Origin: Candidatus Nitrospinota bacterium M3_3B_026
GTDB taxonomy: Bacteria > Nitrospinota_A > UBA7883 > JBPRGF01
Direction: 5' to 3'
Assembly (NCBI GenBank): GCA_051418015.1
Contig: JBPRGF010000014.1
Coordinates: 58,101-122,100, forward strand
Length of the DNA: 64,000 nt
Within the stretch, counting starts at the first letter, position 1, and each line of letters starts with the position of its first letter. Below are positions 9,075-18,350 of this stretch, piece after piece. A program made the position numbers and the translations under genes. Below the pieces are notes generated by a model. That model had not been told where the DNA came from. It did no database searches and worked only from the letters and a program-made list of their open reading frames with translations.

Positions 9075-9270
9075 CGCGGTGTCCATTCTGAGCGCCAGCG
9101 AAGAATCCCGCAACGGACGTGAAACGGCGAGATCCTTCGGCCTCAGGATGACAATGGGGCGGCTCAGGGTGGATAAAATGGGAGCGCTCAGGGTGACAAA
9201 GTGAGGGGAGGTTCAGGGTGACACTATCTCTTCACAGTGTCATGCTGAACGAAGTGAAGCATCTCGCCCC
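9075..9270. repeat. Dispersed intergenic inverted-repeat element family, locus A (core GTCATnCTGAG / CTCAGGnTGAC)
   Basis: 'gtccattctgagcgccagcgaagaatcccgc', three spaced copies of '(c)tcaggGtgaca(a)', and 'gtcatgctgaacgaagtgaagcatctcgc'. The latter is near-identical to 18241-18269; related copies sit at 60327-60357 and 62730-62790. Confidence 0.6.
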
Positions 9271-9304
9271 GGGACAACAACGAAAACAGCTTCTCAGCAG
9301 CCCG

Positions 9305-11266
9305 TCAGGCCCTCGCGGCGCCGGACTCTTTCCAATCTACCAAAAAGATGTCGTAGCGGACGCCCTCCAGCCCCTTGATCTCGGCCCAGCCTATTTCCCG
9401 GAGAACGAACCTGGGGTCGTCCTTGATGGAGTTGTAGACAATGTATGAGACCAGCACGCGGTTCACCAGCGGGAAATCCACAGGGTCCACGTTCAGTTGC
9501 ATGAATGACTCCGGGCCGAGCCTCTCGATCCTCGAAGCGGCGTTCACCGGCACGCCGAACCGGTCGTTGTCATGCCCCACCCTGGTCTCTCCGAAGTCGA
9601 TCCCCACCCGGACGTTTATCCTGTTTTTCTCGTCCGCCCTCCGGTTGTAATCTTCCAGCTCCTTCAGTGTCTCCACGGCCGCGCTGACGGCGTCGGCGTT
9701 GCTCTCGAAAACGCCCATGAACCCGTCGCCCAAGCCCTTTTTGTACGCGAGGCCGTTGCGCGAGGCCTTTTCGCTGAAAATCTTGTCCAGCGAACTGAAC
9801 AGCTTGAAGAAATGGTATCCCCCGTAGACGTTCATTATCTCCGTGGAGCCTGCCACGTCCAGGAACAGGATCGACTCCGGCCGGGAGTCTTTATACGGCG
9901 AGGCGGGGATGGATGGCGCCTGGAGCGGCTTTGACGGGATCGAGGGTGGAGCGTCCCCGGCGGAGCTTGCGGCGGACACTTTTTCTATGAACTCGGCCAC
10001 TCTTTCGGCGCTCCCCCTGAGGGATTCGTCGGCGAGCTTGATGAAGGTCTCGTAGTCCTTGACGGCTTCCCCGGACAATCCCATGTCATACTTCGCCTTG
10101 CCCCTGTTGTGATAGGCCGGGGCGAAGCTGGGGTTGAGCCGTATGGCCTCGCTGTAGTCGGCGACGGCTTCCTTCTTGAGGCCTAAGTCGGACCTGGCGT
10201 TGCCGCGGTTGTTGTAGGCGGCGGCGTAGCTCGGGTCCAGTTGCGTGGCGGCGTCGTAGTCGGCTATGGCCTCTTCCTTCAATCCCATGTATGAGAGGGC
10301 GTTCCCCTTGTTGTAAAAGACCTGCGGCATGTTCGGCTTCAGCCTCAGGGCCTCCTCGTAGTCGGCGACGGCTTCCTTTTTGAGACCCAGGTCGGACTTG
10401 GCGTTGCCCCGGTTGTAATAGGCCGCGGCAAGATCCGGGTCCAGCTCTATGGCGCGGTCGTAGTCGGCTATGGCCTCTTCCTTGCGCCCCAGGGCGGATT
10501 TTATGTTTCCCCTGTTGTTGTACGCCAGGGCGTAATCCGGACCCAGCTCTATGGCGCGGTCGAAATCGGCTATGGCCTCCTCGGCCCTGCCGAGGTCGTA
10601 TTTAGCGTTCGCCCTGTTGAAAAAGGCCACGGCGTAACGGGGACTGAGTTCTATGGCCTGGTCGTAGTCGGCTATTGCCTCGTCTTTTCGCCCCAGCGAG
10701 TCCTTGGCGATGCCGCGGTTGTTGTACGCCTTGGCGAGGCCGGGGTCCAGGCGGATGGCCTGGTCGTAGTCGGCTATGGCCTCCTCCTTGCGCCCCAGGG
10801 CGGCCTTGGCGCTGCCGCGGTTGTTGTAGGCGGCGGCGTGGGAGGGGTTCAGGCGTACGGCCTGGTCGTAGTCGGCTATGGCCTCCTCCTTGCGCCCCAG
10901 GGCGGACTTGGCGTTGCCACGGTTGTTGTAGGCCACGGCGTAGTTCGGGTTCAGCGCGAGCGCCTGGTCGTAGTCGGCTATGGCCTCCTCCTTGCGCCCT
11001 AGGGCGGACTTGGCGTTGCCCCGGTTGTTGTAGGCGGCGGCGTAATCGGGGTTCAGCTCTATGGCGCGGTCGAAATCGGCGATGGCCTCCTCCCTGTGGC
11101 CCAGGGCGGCCTTGGCGCTGCCGCGGTTGTTGTAGGCGGCGGCGTGGGAGGGGTTCAGGCGTATCGCCTCGTCGAAATCGGCGATCGACTCCCCGGTCTG
11201 CTTGTTTTTATATTTTTCGACGCCTTTTTCGAAATATTGTTTCGCTTTTTCCGTCTCGTTTGACAT
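9305..11266 (-). CDS. TPR-repeat protein (about 12 x 34-aa repeats) with C-terminal class III adenylyl/guanylyl cyclase domain
   Basis: Repeated 'AIADYDQAIELNPDYAAAYNNRGNAKSALGRKEE' units. The C-terminal domain carries 'FLDVAGSTEI', 'GDGFMGVF', 'VRVGIDFGE' and 'GVPVNAASRIE' (cyclase homology domain). 653 aa. Confidence 0.88.
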   Translation of the reverse strand: MSNETEKAKQYFEKGVEKYKNKQTGESIADFDEAIRLNPSHAAAYNNRGSAKAALGHREEAIADFDRAIELNPDYAAAYNNRGNAKSALGRKEEAIADYDQALALNPNYAVAYNNRGNAKSALGRKEEAIADYDQAVRLNPSHAAAYNNRGSAKAALGRKEEAIADYDQAIRLDPGLAKAYNNRGIAKDSLGRKDEAIADYDQAIELSPRYAVAFFNRANAKYDLGRAEEAIADFDRAIELGPDYALAYNNRGNIKSALGRKEEAIADYDRAIELDPDLAAAYYNRGNAKSDLGLKKEAVADYEEALRLKPNMPQVFYNKGNALSYMGLKEEAIADYDAATQLDPSYAAAYNNRGNARSDLGLKKEAVADYSEAIRLNPSFAPAYHNRGKAKYDMGLSGEAVKDYETFIKLADESLRGSAERVAEFIEKVSAASSAGDAPPSIPSKPLQAPSIPASPYKDSRPESILFLDVAGSTEIMNVYGGYHFFKLFSSLDKIFSEKASRNGLAYKKGLGDGFMGVFESNADAVSAAVETLKELEDYNRRADEKNRINVRVGIDFGETRVGHDNDRFGVPVNAASRIERLGPESFMQLNVDPVDFPLVNRVLVSYIVYNSIKDDPRFVLREIGWAEIKGLEGVRYDIFLVDWKESGAARA

Positions 11267-11333
11267 AATTTATAATCTTAGCAAAATATCTCTGCTATAA
11301 GGTTGAAATCAGGTAAATAACGTTTTTTGCCGT

Positions 11334-12059
11334 ATGACGCGGGAATCGCCGAGCCTTTTCGAAAACGCCCTTGTCCAGACCCTGGCCGAGCGCATCGGGC
11401 CGTCTTTCAACGTGACTCTGACCGACAACAGGAGAACCCTTATCTCCATAAGGGAAAAGAATGGCGCGACACACGTCAGGCTCTCCAGGATATTCGCCCT
11501 TGCCGACGAGGCGACGACCCGCGGCCTGGTCTTGTACATAAAAGGGAGGGCAAGACGCCTGCCGAGGAGCGTCACGGCCTTCGTCAGGACCCAGCCTCCG
11601 CCTCCCCGGGCCGTCCGTAAAGCCGTTGAAAAACTGGCCCCGAAAGGCAAAGTCCGCGACCTTCGGGACGTAGCCGGGAGGATCGACAAACGCTATTTCG
11701 GCGGCTGCGCCGGGAGGGTGAGGATCACCTGGGGCAGGCCCGCGCCGGTTATGAAAAAACGCCGCGCCCAGAAAAGCGTCCGGCTGGGGTCATACGACTG
11801 GGAGTTCGACCTGATAACCGTGAATCCCGTCCTGGACTCTGCGTCTGTCCCCGTCGAGGTGTTGGAACTGGTCGTGTATCACGAGATGCTCCACAAAAAA
11901 CTCGGCAGGAGGGTGGGGCGCGACGGCAGACTTCTGGCGCACACGCCGCTGTTCCGCGCGCTGGAGCGCAAATACGAGCGTTACGAGCAGGCCGTGGATT
12001 GGGAAAGGAAGCATATATGGAAGGCGCTGCGGCCGGCTCGCGGCGGGCGAAGGCCGTAG
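11334..12059 (+). CDS. DUF45/YgjP-like HExxH zinc metallohydrolase
   Basis: 'VVYHEMLHKK' HExxH motif followed by H..LF....Y......W..H spacing typical of YgjP/M48-like proteins. 241 aa. Confidence 0.55.
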   Translation: MTRESPSLFENALVQTLAERIGPSFNVTLTDNRRTLISIREKNGATHVRLSRIFALADEATTRGLVLYIKGRARRLPRSVTAFVRTQPPPPRAVRKAVEKLAPKGKVRDLRDVAGRIDKRYFGGCAGRVRITWGRPAPVMKKRRAQKSVRLGSYDWEFDLITVNPVLDSASVPVEVLELVVYHEMLHKKLGRRVGRDGRLLAHTPLFRALERKYERYEQAVDWERKHIWKALRPARGGRRP

Positions 12060-12736
12060 ACACGGGCTCTGCCCGGCGGGACGGGTTCGACATCTCAAAA
12101 GCCCTGGGGATCATCCGCCGGGAGGTGAAACGGTGGAAGACCCCGGTGGTGACCCGTTACAGCCGTGAGGGCGAAAGACCGGCCTTCCGCGTCCTCATAA
12201 GCTGCCTTCTCTCCCTGCGGACAAGGGACGAGCAGACCGCCGCGGCCGCCCGCCGCCTCTTCGCCGCCGCCGCCGCCCCCCGCCGGATCATGGCCCTGCC
12301 GGAGAAGAGGATCGAGGAGCTTATTTACCCCGTCGGGTTCTACAGGAACAAGGCCAGGGTCATAAAGGAGGTCTGCCGCCGGCTCGTGGCCGACTACGGT
12401 GGCGCCGTCCCGGACGAGATAGACGAGCTTTTGAAGCTGAAGGGAGTGGGGCGCAAGACGGCCAACCTCGTTGTGACCATGGGCTTCGGCAAGCCGGGGA
12501 TATGCGTGGACACCCACGTTCACCGGATAGTAAACATCTGGGGATACGTCAGGACCGCCGCGCCTGACAAGACCGAGCTTGCCCTGCGGGAAAAACTTCC
12601 CCGCCGCCACTGGATAGAGATAAACGACCTGCTCGTGACCTATGGCCAGAACGTGTGCAAGCCCGTCTCCCCGCTGTGCTCCAAGTGCGCCATACACAGC
12701 ATGTGCCCCAGGGCAGGCGTTACCCGCAGCCGCTAG
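12017..12736 (+). CDS. nth: Endonuclease III (DNA glycosylase/AP lyase, [4Fe-4S])
   Basis: HhH-GPD motif 'LKGVGRKTANLVV..FGKPGICVDTHVHRI' and C-terminal 'CKPVSPLCSKCAIHSMC' FCL cluster. Start uncertain (ATG 12017 chosen); the ORF overlaps the upstream gene. Confidence 0.82.
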   Translation: MEGAAAGSRRAKAVDTGSARRDGFDISKALGIIRREVKRWKTPVVTRYSREGERPAFRVLISCLLSLRTRDEQTAAAARRLFAAAAAPRRIMALPEKRIEELIYPVGFYRNKARVIKEVCRRLVADYGGAVPDEIDELLKLKGVGRKTANLVVTMGFGKPGICVDTHVHRIVNIWGYVRTAAPDKTELALREKLPRRHWIEINDLLVTYGQNVCKPVSPLCSKCAIHSMCPRAGVTRSR

Positions 12737-12791
12737 GCGAAAGCCTCCGTGTGTTAGAATTTTATAATGGCGAAGCTTCGCGAAAAAAAAG

Positions 12792-13550
12792 ATGCCGGAA
12801 CGTGAGCCCGCCCAGATCCTGAGCCTGTCGGTGATGGGGCGCGGGGGGGAGGAGAAAGCGTTCCCGCTGGATCGTGACAGCCTGACCATCGGCAGGGAGT
12901 CCGGCTGCGACATCATCATCCCTGACCTTTCCATATCCAAAAAACACGCGAGGGTTTTCATCGAGAACGGCAGGACGATGATCGCCGACGGCGTGGACGG
13001 CAAGCCAAGCGTCAACGGTGTTTACGTGAACGACGCTCGCATAAGCGGCCCCGTGGCGCTCAAGGAAGGCGACGTGGTGAAGATGGGCGTGCTGAAATTC
13101 ATGGCGAAGCTGAGCCCGGACCTTAAGCGCCAGGCGACGCTGGAGCAGGTGACCTCCGCGGAGAACCTGAGGGCGTTCCTGGAGTACGGCGAGGCCATGA
13201 AGGCCAGGGAGGCTGACATCCTGGCGCGGATATCCTCCCTTGACCTGGGGGCCGGAGAGCTGACGGAGATTTTCGACGCCGCGCTGGACAGGGCGATGGA
13301 GGAAAGCCGCCTCAAAAAGGTCGGGTTCATCTCCGCCCTGAAACACAAAGCGCTGAAAGAGACGAAAAGCGGCGGAGGCCGGAAGGCCGGACAGTGGAGC
13401 GAAGACGCCGCCGGGGACCCGGACGCCACCGTTCTAGACCCCGCCTTCGCCGCGTCCGCCGGGGCCGGGAAGCGGAGAGGGCTTCTGATCGTCGCGGCGG
13501 CGCTCCTGGGGGCTTTCATTGCCGCCGCCCTTGTTCTGATGTATTTATGA
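12792..13550 (+). CDS. FHA-domain protein with C-terminal membrane anchor
   Basis: N-terminal FHA ('LTIGRESGCDIIIPDLSISKKHARVFIENGRTMIADGVDGKPSVNGVYVND..LKEGDVVKMG'), central acidic region, C-terminal TM helix 'LLIVAAALLGAFIAAALVLMYL'. Confidence 0.78.
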   Translation: MPEREPAQILSLSVMGRGGEEKAFPLDRDSLTIGRESGCDIIIPDLSISKKHARVFIENGRTMIADGVDGKPSVNGVYVNDARISGPVALKEGDVVKMGVLKFMAKLSPDLKRQATLEQVTSAENLRAFLEYGEAMKAREADILARISSLDLGAGELTEIFDAALDRAMEESRLKKVGFISALKHKALKETKSGGGRKAGQWSEDAAGDPDATVLDPAFAASAGAGKRRGLLIVAAALLGAFIAAALVLMYL

Positions 13551-13564
13551 GAAAATAGGAAACC

Positions 13565-14590
13565 ATGGCGGAAAACAGGCTGGACAGGATTTTCGAGGAC
13601 GAAAGCTACCGGGCCCTCAAGGGGGAGGAGAAGAGGGTGTACGGCTTCCTCTCCACCGTGGTGGAGAAAAAGAAGATGCTCCTGGAGCTGGAGAAAAGCT
13701 ACCGCGCGAGGCTCAAGGAGATAGCCGACGAGGTGGCGGGCCGCGAGGGGGCCCTGAACCTTTCGGCCCAGGAGGCGGACGCCGCCGCCGATGGCCTGAA
13801 AAAGACCTTGAAAGCCGCGGATGAGAAGATAAAATCCATCCGCCGTGAGCTGGACTTCGCGGAGCTGCGCCTCTCGGCGGGGGAGTTTGGACGGGAGGAG
13901 CTGGACAGAGAAAGAGACAGGCTTCAGCGGGAGCTCTCGAAGGCGGAGGCGGAAAGATCGTGGATCCAGGACAAGATCGCCCTTGTCAAAAAACTGAAGT
14001 CCGGCTCCAGGAGGACGAAACCGCGAGAGGAACAGAAAGAGCGCAAGACCGACGGGGCGAACGCATCCTCCCCCCGCCGCCCCGCGGAGGCGGAGAAAGA
14101 CAATACGCAAACCACCACCTCCCCCATCATGAGCCTGAAAGGCTTTGGCGGCGCCAGGAGCCCCGACGCGACGATCATCTCCGAGATGACGCTGCCGATC
14201 AAACCCACGGGGGGGAATTTCGACGCCGAAGAAACCATGGCCATCCCGGCGGACCTCGTGGGATCGGATCCGGACAGGCTCCTGGAGGCGTCCCTGCACA
14301 TTCATAACGAGGATGGATGGGAGCGTTTCCCCCTGAAAAAGGAGGATGTGAGCATAGGCAACATCCGCGAGCCGGAAAACGACATCGCCCTTTACGACGC
14401 CCAGGTGTCGAGAAGACACGCGAAGATAATCTACGACGAGCCGACCGACTGCTGGTTTCTCGTGGACCTCGGCAGCCGCAACGGCTCCTTCCTGAACAAC
14501 AAGTTCATAGAGTCGAACGACCCGCAACTTCTGAAAGACAAGGACAGGATAACCCTGGGCGAGACCAGCATAGTCATACACCTGCCCTGA
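13565..14590 (+). CDS. Coiled-coil protein with C-terminal FHA domain
   Basis: N-terminal ~150 aa of E/K/R-rich coiled coil, then C-terminal FHA ('VSIGNIREPENDIALYDAQVSRRHAKIIYD..WFLVDLGSRNGSFLNNKFI..LKDKDRITLGE'). 14-nt gap from the preceding FHA gene. Confidence 0.78.
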   Translation: MAENRLDRIFEDESYRALKGEEKRVYGFLSTVVEKKKMLLELEKSYRARLKEIADEVAGREGALNLSAQEADAAADGLKKTLKAADEKIKSIRRELDFAELRLSAGEFGREELDRERDRLQRELSKAEAERSWIQDKIALVKKLKSGSRRTKPREEQKERKTDGANASSPRRPAEAEKDNTQTTTSPIMSLKGFGGARSPDATIISEMTLPIKPTGGNFDAEETMAIPADLVGSDPDRLLEASLHIHNEDGWERFPLKKEDVSIGNIREPENDIALYDAQVSRRHAKIIYDEPTDCWFLVDLGSRNGSFLNNKFIESNDPQLLKDKDRITLGETSIVIHLP

Positions 14591-14682
14591 CGGCTGCCCC
14601 GGCTCCGGCCTTGACTTTCGCGCCGCGGCGTCTGATAAAGGACAAATGAGCTTGAATTTCCTGATGATTCGCAAGAGAGCCG

Positions 14683-15603
14683 ATGGCTAAGGACTACTAC
14701 GACATACTCGGCGTGGACAGGAACGCCACGGTGGAGCAGATCAAGAAGGCGTACAAAAATCTCGCCAAGAGATACCACCCGGACAGGAACCCGGACGACA
14801 AGCAGGCCGAGGAGAAGTTCAAGGAGATAAGCGAGGCCTACGCCGTCCTGAGCGACAAGGAAAAACGCGCCCAGTACGACAGGTTCGGCCACGCCAAGTT
14901 CCGCCAGGCCTACAGCCAGGAGGACATCTTCAGCGGTGTGAACCCGGACGACATATTCCGCGAGTTCGGATTCGGGGGCGATATCCTCAGCCAGATGTTC
15001 GGCTTCAGGACCGCGGGCGGGCCGCGTGTGCGCTTTGAGCAGGGAGGCTTCGGGTTCGAGCCTTTCGGCGCGGGACGGGGGCCGATGGCGGGGCGGGACT
15101 ACGAGACGAGCCTCACCGTCTCCTTCGATGAGGCGATGAAAGGCGCCGAGCGGGCGCTGACCCTGAACACGGAGTCGGGCCCGCGCCACGTGACGGTGAG
15201 GATACCCCGGGGGATATCGACGGGCAAGAAACTCCGCCTGAAGGGGGAGGGCGGGCCCGGCCCCGGCGGCGGGCCTCCGGGCGATCTTTACATAAAAGCG
15301 ACGGTGGCTGAAGACCCGGTGTTCAAAAGAGACGGGGACGACCTGGTCGTGGAGGCGCCGGTCGCCTATTCCACCCTCATCCTTGGCGGGACGGCCTCCG
15401 TCCCCACGTTGGAGGGGGAAAAGACCATAAGGATACCTCCGGCGTCTGACCCGTCGAAAAGGATCAGGATAAAGGGAGCCGGGGCGCCGAAACTGAAAGG
15501 AGGCCGGGGCGACCTTTACGTCAAGCTGAAGGTGACCGTGCCGCCGGAGCCCACCGAAAAGCAGAAGAGCCTGGCCTCGGAGCTTTTGAAGACGGGGCTT
15601 TGA
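14683..15603 (+). CDS. cbpA: DnaJ-class J-protein lacking the zinc-finger (CbpA-like)
   Basis: J-domain '[30 protein letters not shown]', Gly/Phe-rich linker, DnaJ C-terminal substrate-binding domains. No CxxCxGxG repeats. Confidence 0.8.
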   Translation: MAKDYYDILGVDRNATVEQIKKAYKNLAKRYHPDRNPDDKQAEEKFKEISEAYAVLSDKEKRAQYDRFGHAKFRQAYSQEDIFSGVNPDDIFREFGFGGDILSQMFGFRTAGGPRVRFEQGGFGFEPFGAGRGPMAGRDYETSLTVSFDEAMKGAERALTLNTESGPRHVTVRIPRGISTGKKLRLKGEGGPGPGGGPPGDLYIKATVAEDPVFKRDGDDLVVEAPVAYSTLILGGTASVPTLEGEKTIRIPPASDPSKRIRIKGAGAPKLKGGRGDLYVKLKVTVPPEPTEKQKSLASELLKTGL

Positions 15604-15758
15604 ACACCGGGGAAAAGGGCGGCGAGACTCGGCGCCGAGCCTCGCCGGGAGCGCATTGGGCGCGCCTGGCTATACCTTTCGCCGGGGCGCGTTTATAATC
15701 TTCTGGAGGATGCTAACCCGCCGACTTTCCCGCGGCGGGCCTTCGTGTTGAGCTGACC

Positions 15759-17246
15759 TTGATGAAACAAGACCGAAGAATAGAGCTTTTAAAGGACATC
15801 GCCGGCCTCATCGGCTCCGTGGCCGACCTGGACAACCTGCTCGCGCTGCTGGTCATCACCGCCACGCGCGTCCTGGAGGTCCGCGCCTCGTCGTTGTTGC
15901 TGCTGGACAAGAAGACCGGCCGCCTTTACTTCCACACCGCCCTCGGCGACAAGAAAGAGAACGTGAAGGAGTTCGAGCTGAAAAAGGGCGAGGGGATAGC
16001 CGGGTGGGTCTTCGAGCGCGGCGAGCCTCTGCTTGTCGAGAACGTGAAGGAAGACCCCCGCTGGGCCTCCGAGATCGCGGAGAAAGTGGGCTTCAACACG
16101 GGGTCCATAGCCTGCGCGCCCCTGAAGGTGGAAGGGGAGGTGATAGGCGTCCTGGAGGTCATAGACAGAGAGGACGGCGCTCCCCTGCGGCCGGAGGACC
16201 TGAAACAGCTGCAGGCATTCTCCGATCTGGCCGCCGCGACGCTCCTGAGCGCCAGGGCGTACAAGAACGTCCAGAGGGAGGTCAGCGAGCTGCGCCGGGA
16301 GCTCGGCTCGAGACGGCGCATAATCGGAAACTCCCCCTCCGTCAGGAAGGCCCTGGAGGACTGTTCCAAGGTGGCCGACTCCAAGGCCACGACGCTCATC
16401 ACCGGGGAGTCCGGCACGGGCAAGGAGCTTTTCGCCCGGCTCATCCACGATCTGTCGCCGCGGAGCGGCGGCCCCATGACGGTTGTCAACTGCGGCGCGC
16501 TGCCGGAGACCCTGCTGGAGCGGGAGCTTTTCGGCCACGAGAAGGGCGCCTTCACGGGGGCCGATTCCATGAAGCCCGGCCTTTTCGAGTCCGCCGACAC
16601 GGGTACCATATTCCTCGATGAGATAGCGGAGACGTCCCCCGCCATGCAGGTCAAGCTGCTGCGGGTCCTGCAGGAGGGAGCGTTTTACAGGGTCGGCGGC
16701 TCCTCGCCGATCCGCGTGGACGTCAGGGTCATCGCGGCCACGAACAAAGACCTTGAGAAGATGGTGAAGGAGAAGACGTTCCGCGAGGATCTTTTTTACA
16801 GGCTCAACGTCTTCAGGCTGCGCCTGCCGCCGCTGCGGGACAGGAGGGACGACATCCCCGCCCTCGCGGAAAAGTTCCTGGCCCGGACGGCGCGGGATAT
16901 GAGCCGCCCTGTCAGGGGTTTTTCGGACGAGGCGATGAACGCCCTCATGAGATACTCCTGGCCCGGCAACATCCGCCAACTGGAGAACGCCGTGGAGCGC
17001 GCCGTGATAATGTCCGAGTCGGAGTTGATCGAGCTCGACGACCTGCCTGGGGAGGTGCGGGAGACCGGCGGCGGGGACATTCACGTGGGCATGAGCCTGA
17101 AAGACGCCCAGGACGGCTTCAAGAGGGCGTTTATAGCGCAATCGCTGGCGTTCCTCGGCGGCAACAAGACGAAAACGGCTAAGATGCTGGGCATACAGCG
17201 CACCTACCTGAGCAGGCTCATAAGGGAGCTTGGCATAAACTCTTAA
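15759..17246 (+). CDS. Sigma-54-dependent transcriptional activator with N-terminal GAF sensor (Fis-type HTH)
   Basis: GAF region, then AAA+ 'ITGESGTGKELFAR', the GAFTGA loop ('EKGAFTGA'), 'RVDVRVIAATN', and C-terminal Fis-like HTH 'KTAKMLGIQRTYLSRLIRE'. Confidence 0.9.
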   Translation: MMKQDRRIELLKDIAGLIGSVADLDNLLALLVITATRVLEVRASSLLLLDKKTGRLYFHTALGDKKENVKEFELKKGEGIAGWVFERGEPLLVENVKEDPRWASEIAEKVGFNTGSIACAPLKVEGEVIGVLEVIDREDGAPLRPEDLKQLQAFSDLAAATLLSARAYKNVQREVSELRRELGSRRRIIGNSPSVRKALEDCSKVADSKATTLITGESGTGKELFARLIHDLSPRSGGPMTVVNCGALPETLLERELFGHEKGAFTGADSMKPGLFESADTGTIFLDEIAETSPAMQVKLLRVLQEGAFYRVGGSSPIRVDVRVIAATNKDLEKMVKEKTFREDLFYRLNVFRLRLPPLRDRRDDIPALAEKFLARTARDMSRPVRGFSDEAMNALMRYSWPGNIRQLENAVERAVIMSESELIELDDLPGEVRETGGGDIHVGMSLKDAQDGFKRAFIAQSLAFLGGNKTKTAKMLGIQRTYLSRLIRELGINS

Positions 17247-17274
17247 AACGCCGGGCGGCGGGACGCGCCCGGGG

Positions 17275-18099
17275 ATGGAAGGCATGGAAAACCTCGTATG
17301 GATCGCCGCGGGCCTCGCCCTGATAGCGATGATAGCCACCAGGCTGAGGGAGCAGAGGCAGGAGTCGCGCCACAGGAGGGGGCTGTCACCCGCCGCGTCC
17401 AACCGGTTTCGCGGCGGCCACGACGGGATGTTCGACGCGCGGGTTATAGCCTTGGAGTTCGACGAATCCGGCCCGGTGATGTTCATAAACGGCAAGTTCA
17501 AAAACGGCGAGGAGCCTACGGACATCGGGCTGGTGACGGCGGAGGTGGAGCACGCCGCGGGGACGGAGACTTTTTTCCCGTTCGACGCCGACACGGGCGA
17601 GGAACCCGGCGAGCGCAGGCTGGGAGACCTTGTGAACCTTGTCGCGCCCGCCTCCTTCTCTCCCTTCGAGAGGGGGATGTTCCGCGCGCCCCTTTTCTCT
17701 CCGGACCGCGAGGAGCGCCTCGCCAGCGCCGTCGACCGGCTGGACAGCGCCGCCATGCGCATGGTGGAGAAGCTCGATCGGGAGTTTGACAGCTACTCTC
17801 TGGAGGGGGAGCCGCTGGCCCGGCTGGAGGAGGACTTCCGGCGTGATTTCGTGGTGAAGGAAATCGCCGATGAGATAGAACGCGAGCTTCTCTGGCGGCC
17901 GGGACGCTTTTCGATCATCGCGAAGTTCGTGTCCGGCGGCAATGACGTCGTGGACAAGATATCCCTGACGATCCATCTCGACCAGAGCAACGCCGAAAAG
18001 CTCAGGAAAAACGTGGACGCGATAATAACCAACGCCCTCCGCGCCGAGCTGGACCTGGAGCCTGCGCTCTACACCCCGGTGATATTCGAGAGAGAATAG
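17275..18099 (+). CDS. Hypothetical protein with N-terminal TM anchor
   Basis: 274-aa ORF with GC3-rich codon usage. N-terminal hydrophobic helix 'LVWIAAGLALIAMIA'. No recognised domain. Confidence 0.45.
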   Translation: MEGMENLVWIAAGLALIAMIATRLREQRQESRHRRGLSPAASNRFRGGHDGMFDARVIALEFDESGPVMFINGKFKNGEEPTDIGLVTAEVEHAAGTETFFPFDADTGEEPGERRLGDLVNLVAPASFSPFERGMFRAPLFSPDREERLASAVDRLDSAAMRMVEKLDREFDSYSLEGEPLARLEEDFRRDFVVKEIADEIERELLWRPGRFSIIAKFVSGGNDVVDKISLTIHLDQSNAEKLRKNVDAIITNALRAELDLEPALYTPVIFERE

Positions 18100-18119
18100 G
18101 CGGCGCGAAGACAGGCGGC

Positions 18120-18350
18120 GGGATCCTTCGCCCCGGGATTTTTCGGCTTCGCCTTAGAATGACAAGGGGGGCTCCGAGGATGGCGAAAGCTCATCGTGGC
18201 GCCACTCTGAGCGAAGAGCCTCGCAATGGACTCCGCTATGTCATGCTGAGCAAAGCGAAGCATCTCGCGCCGGATAAAACGATGAGATCCTTCATCTGCG
18301 GCTCAGGATGACAAAGGGGCGCCTCAGAAATGACAAAGGTGGGTCTCAGG
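18120..18350. repeat. Dispersed inverted-repeat element family, locus B
   Basis: 'gaatgacaaggggggctccgagga', 'gccactctgagcgaagagcctcgc', 'gtcatgctgagcaaagcgaagcatctcgc', 'ggctcaggatgacaaaggggcgcctcagaaatgacaaaggtgggtctcagg'. Sits between the convergent 17275 gene and lpxB. Confidence 0.6.

Noticed and set aside
9120-9235. Regularly spaced 'ctcagggtgacaa' triplet that could look like a mini-CRISPR array
   Set aside because: Only three imperfect about-22-bp-period units, no cas genes, and spacer lengths far too short. It is better explained as part of the dispersed inverted-repeat element.
10675-11268. 197-aa Cys/Arg/Pro/Trp-rich ORF (+) with internal repeats
   Set aside because: It is the reverse-frame image of the TPR DNA repeats. 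Its periodicity simply mirrors the 102-bp units of the real minus-strand gene.
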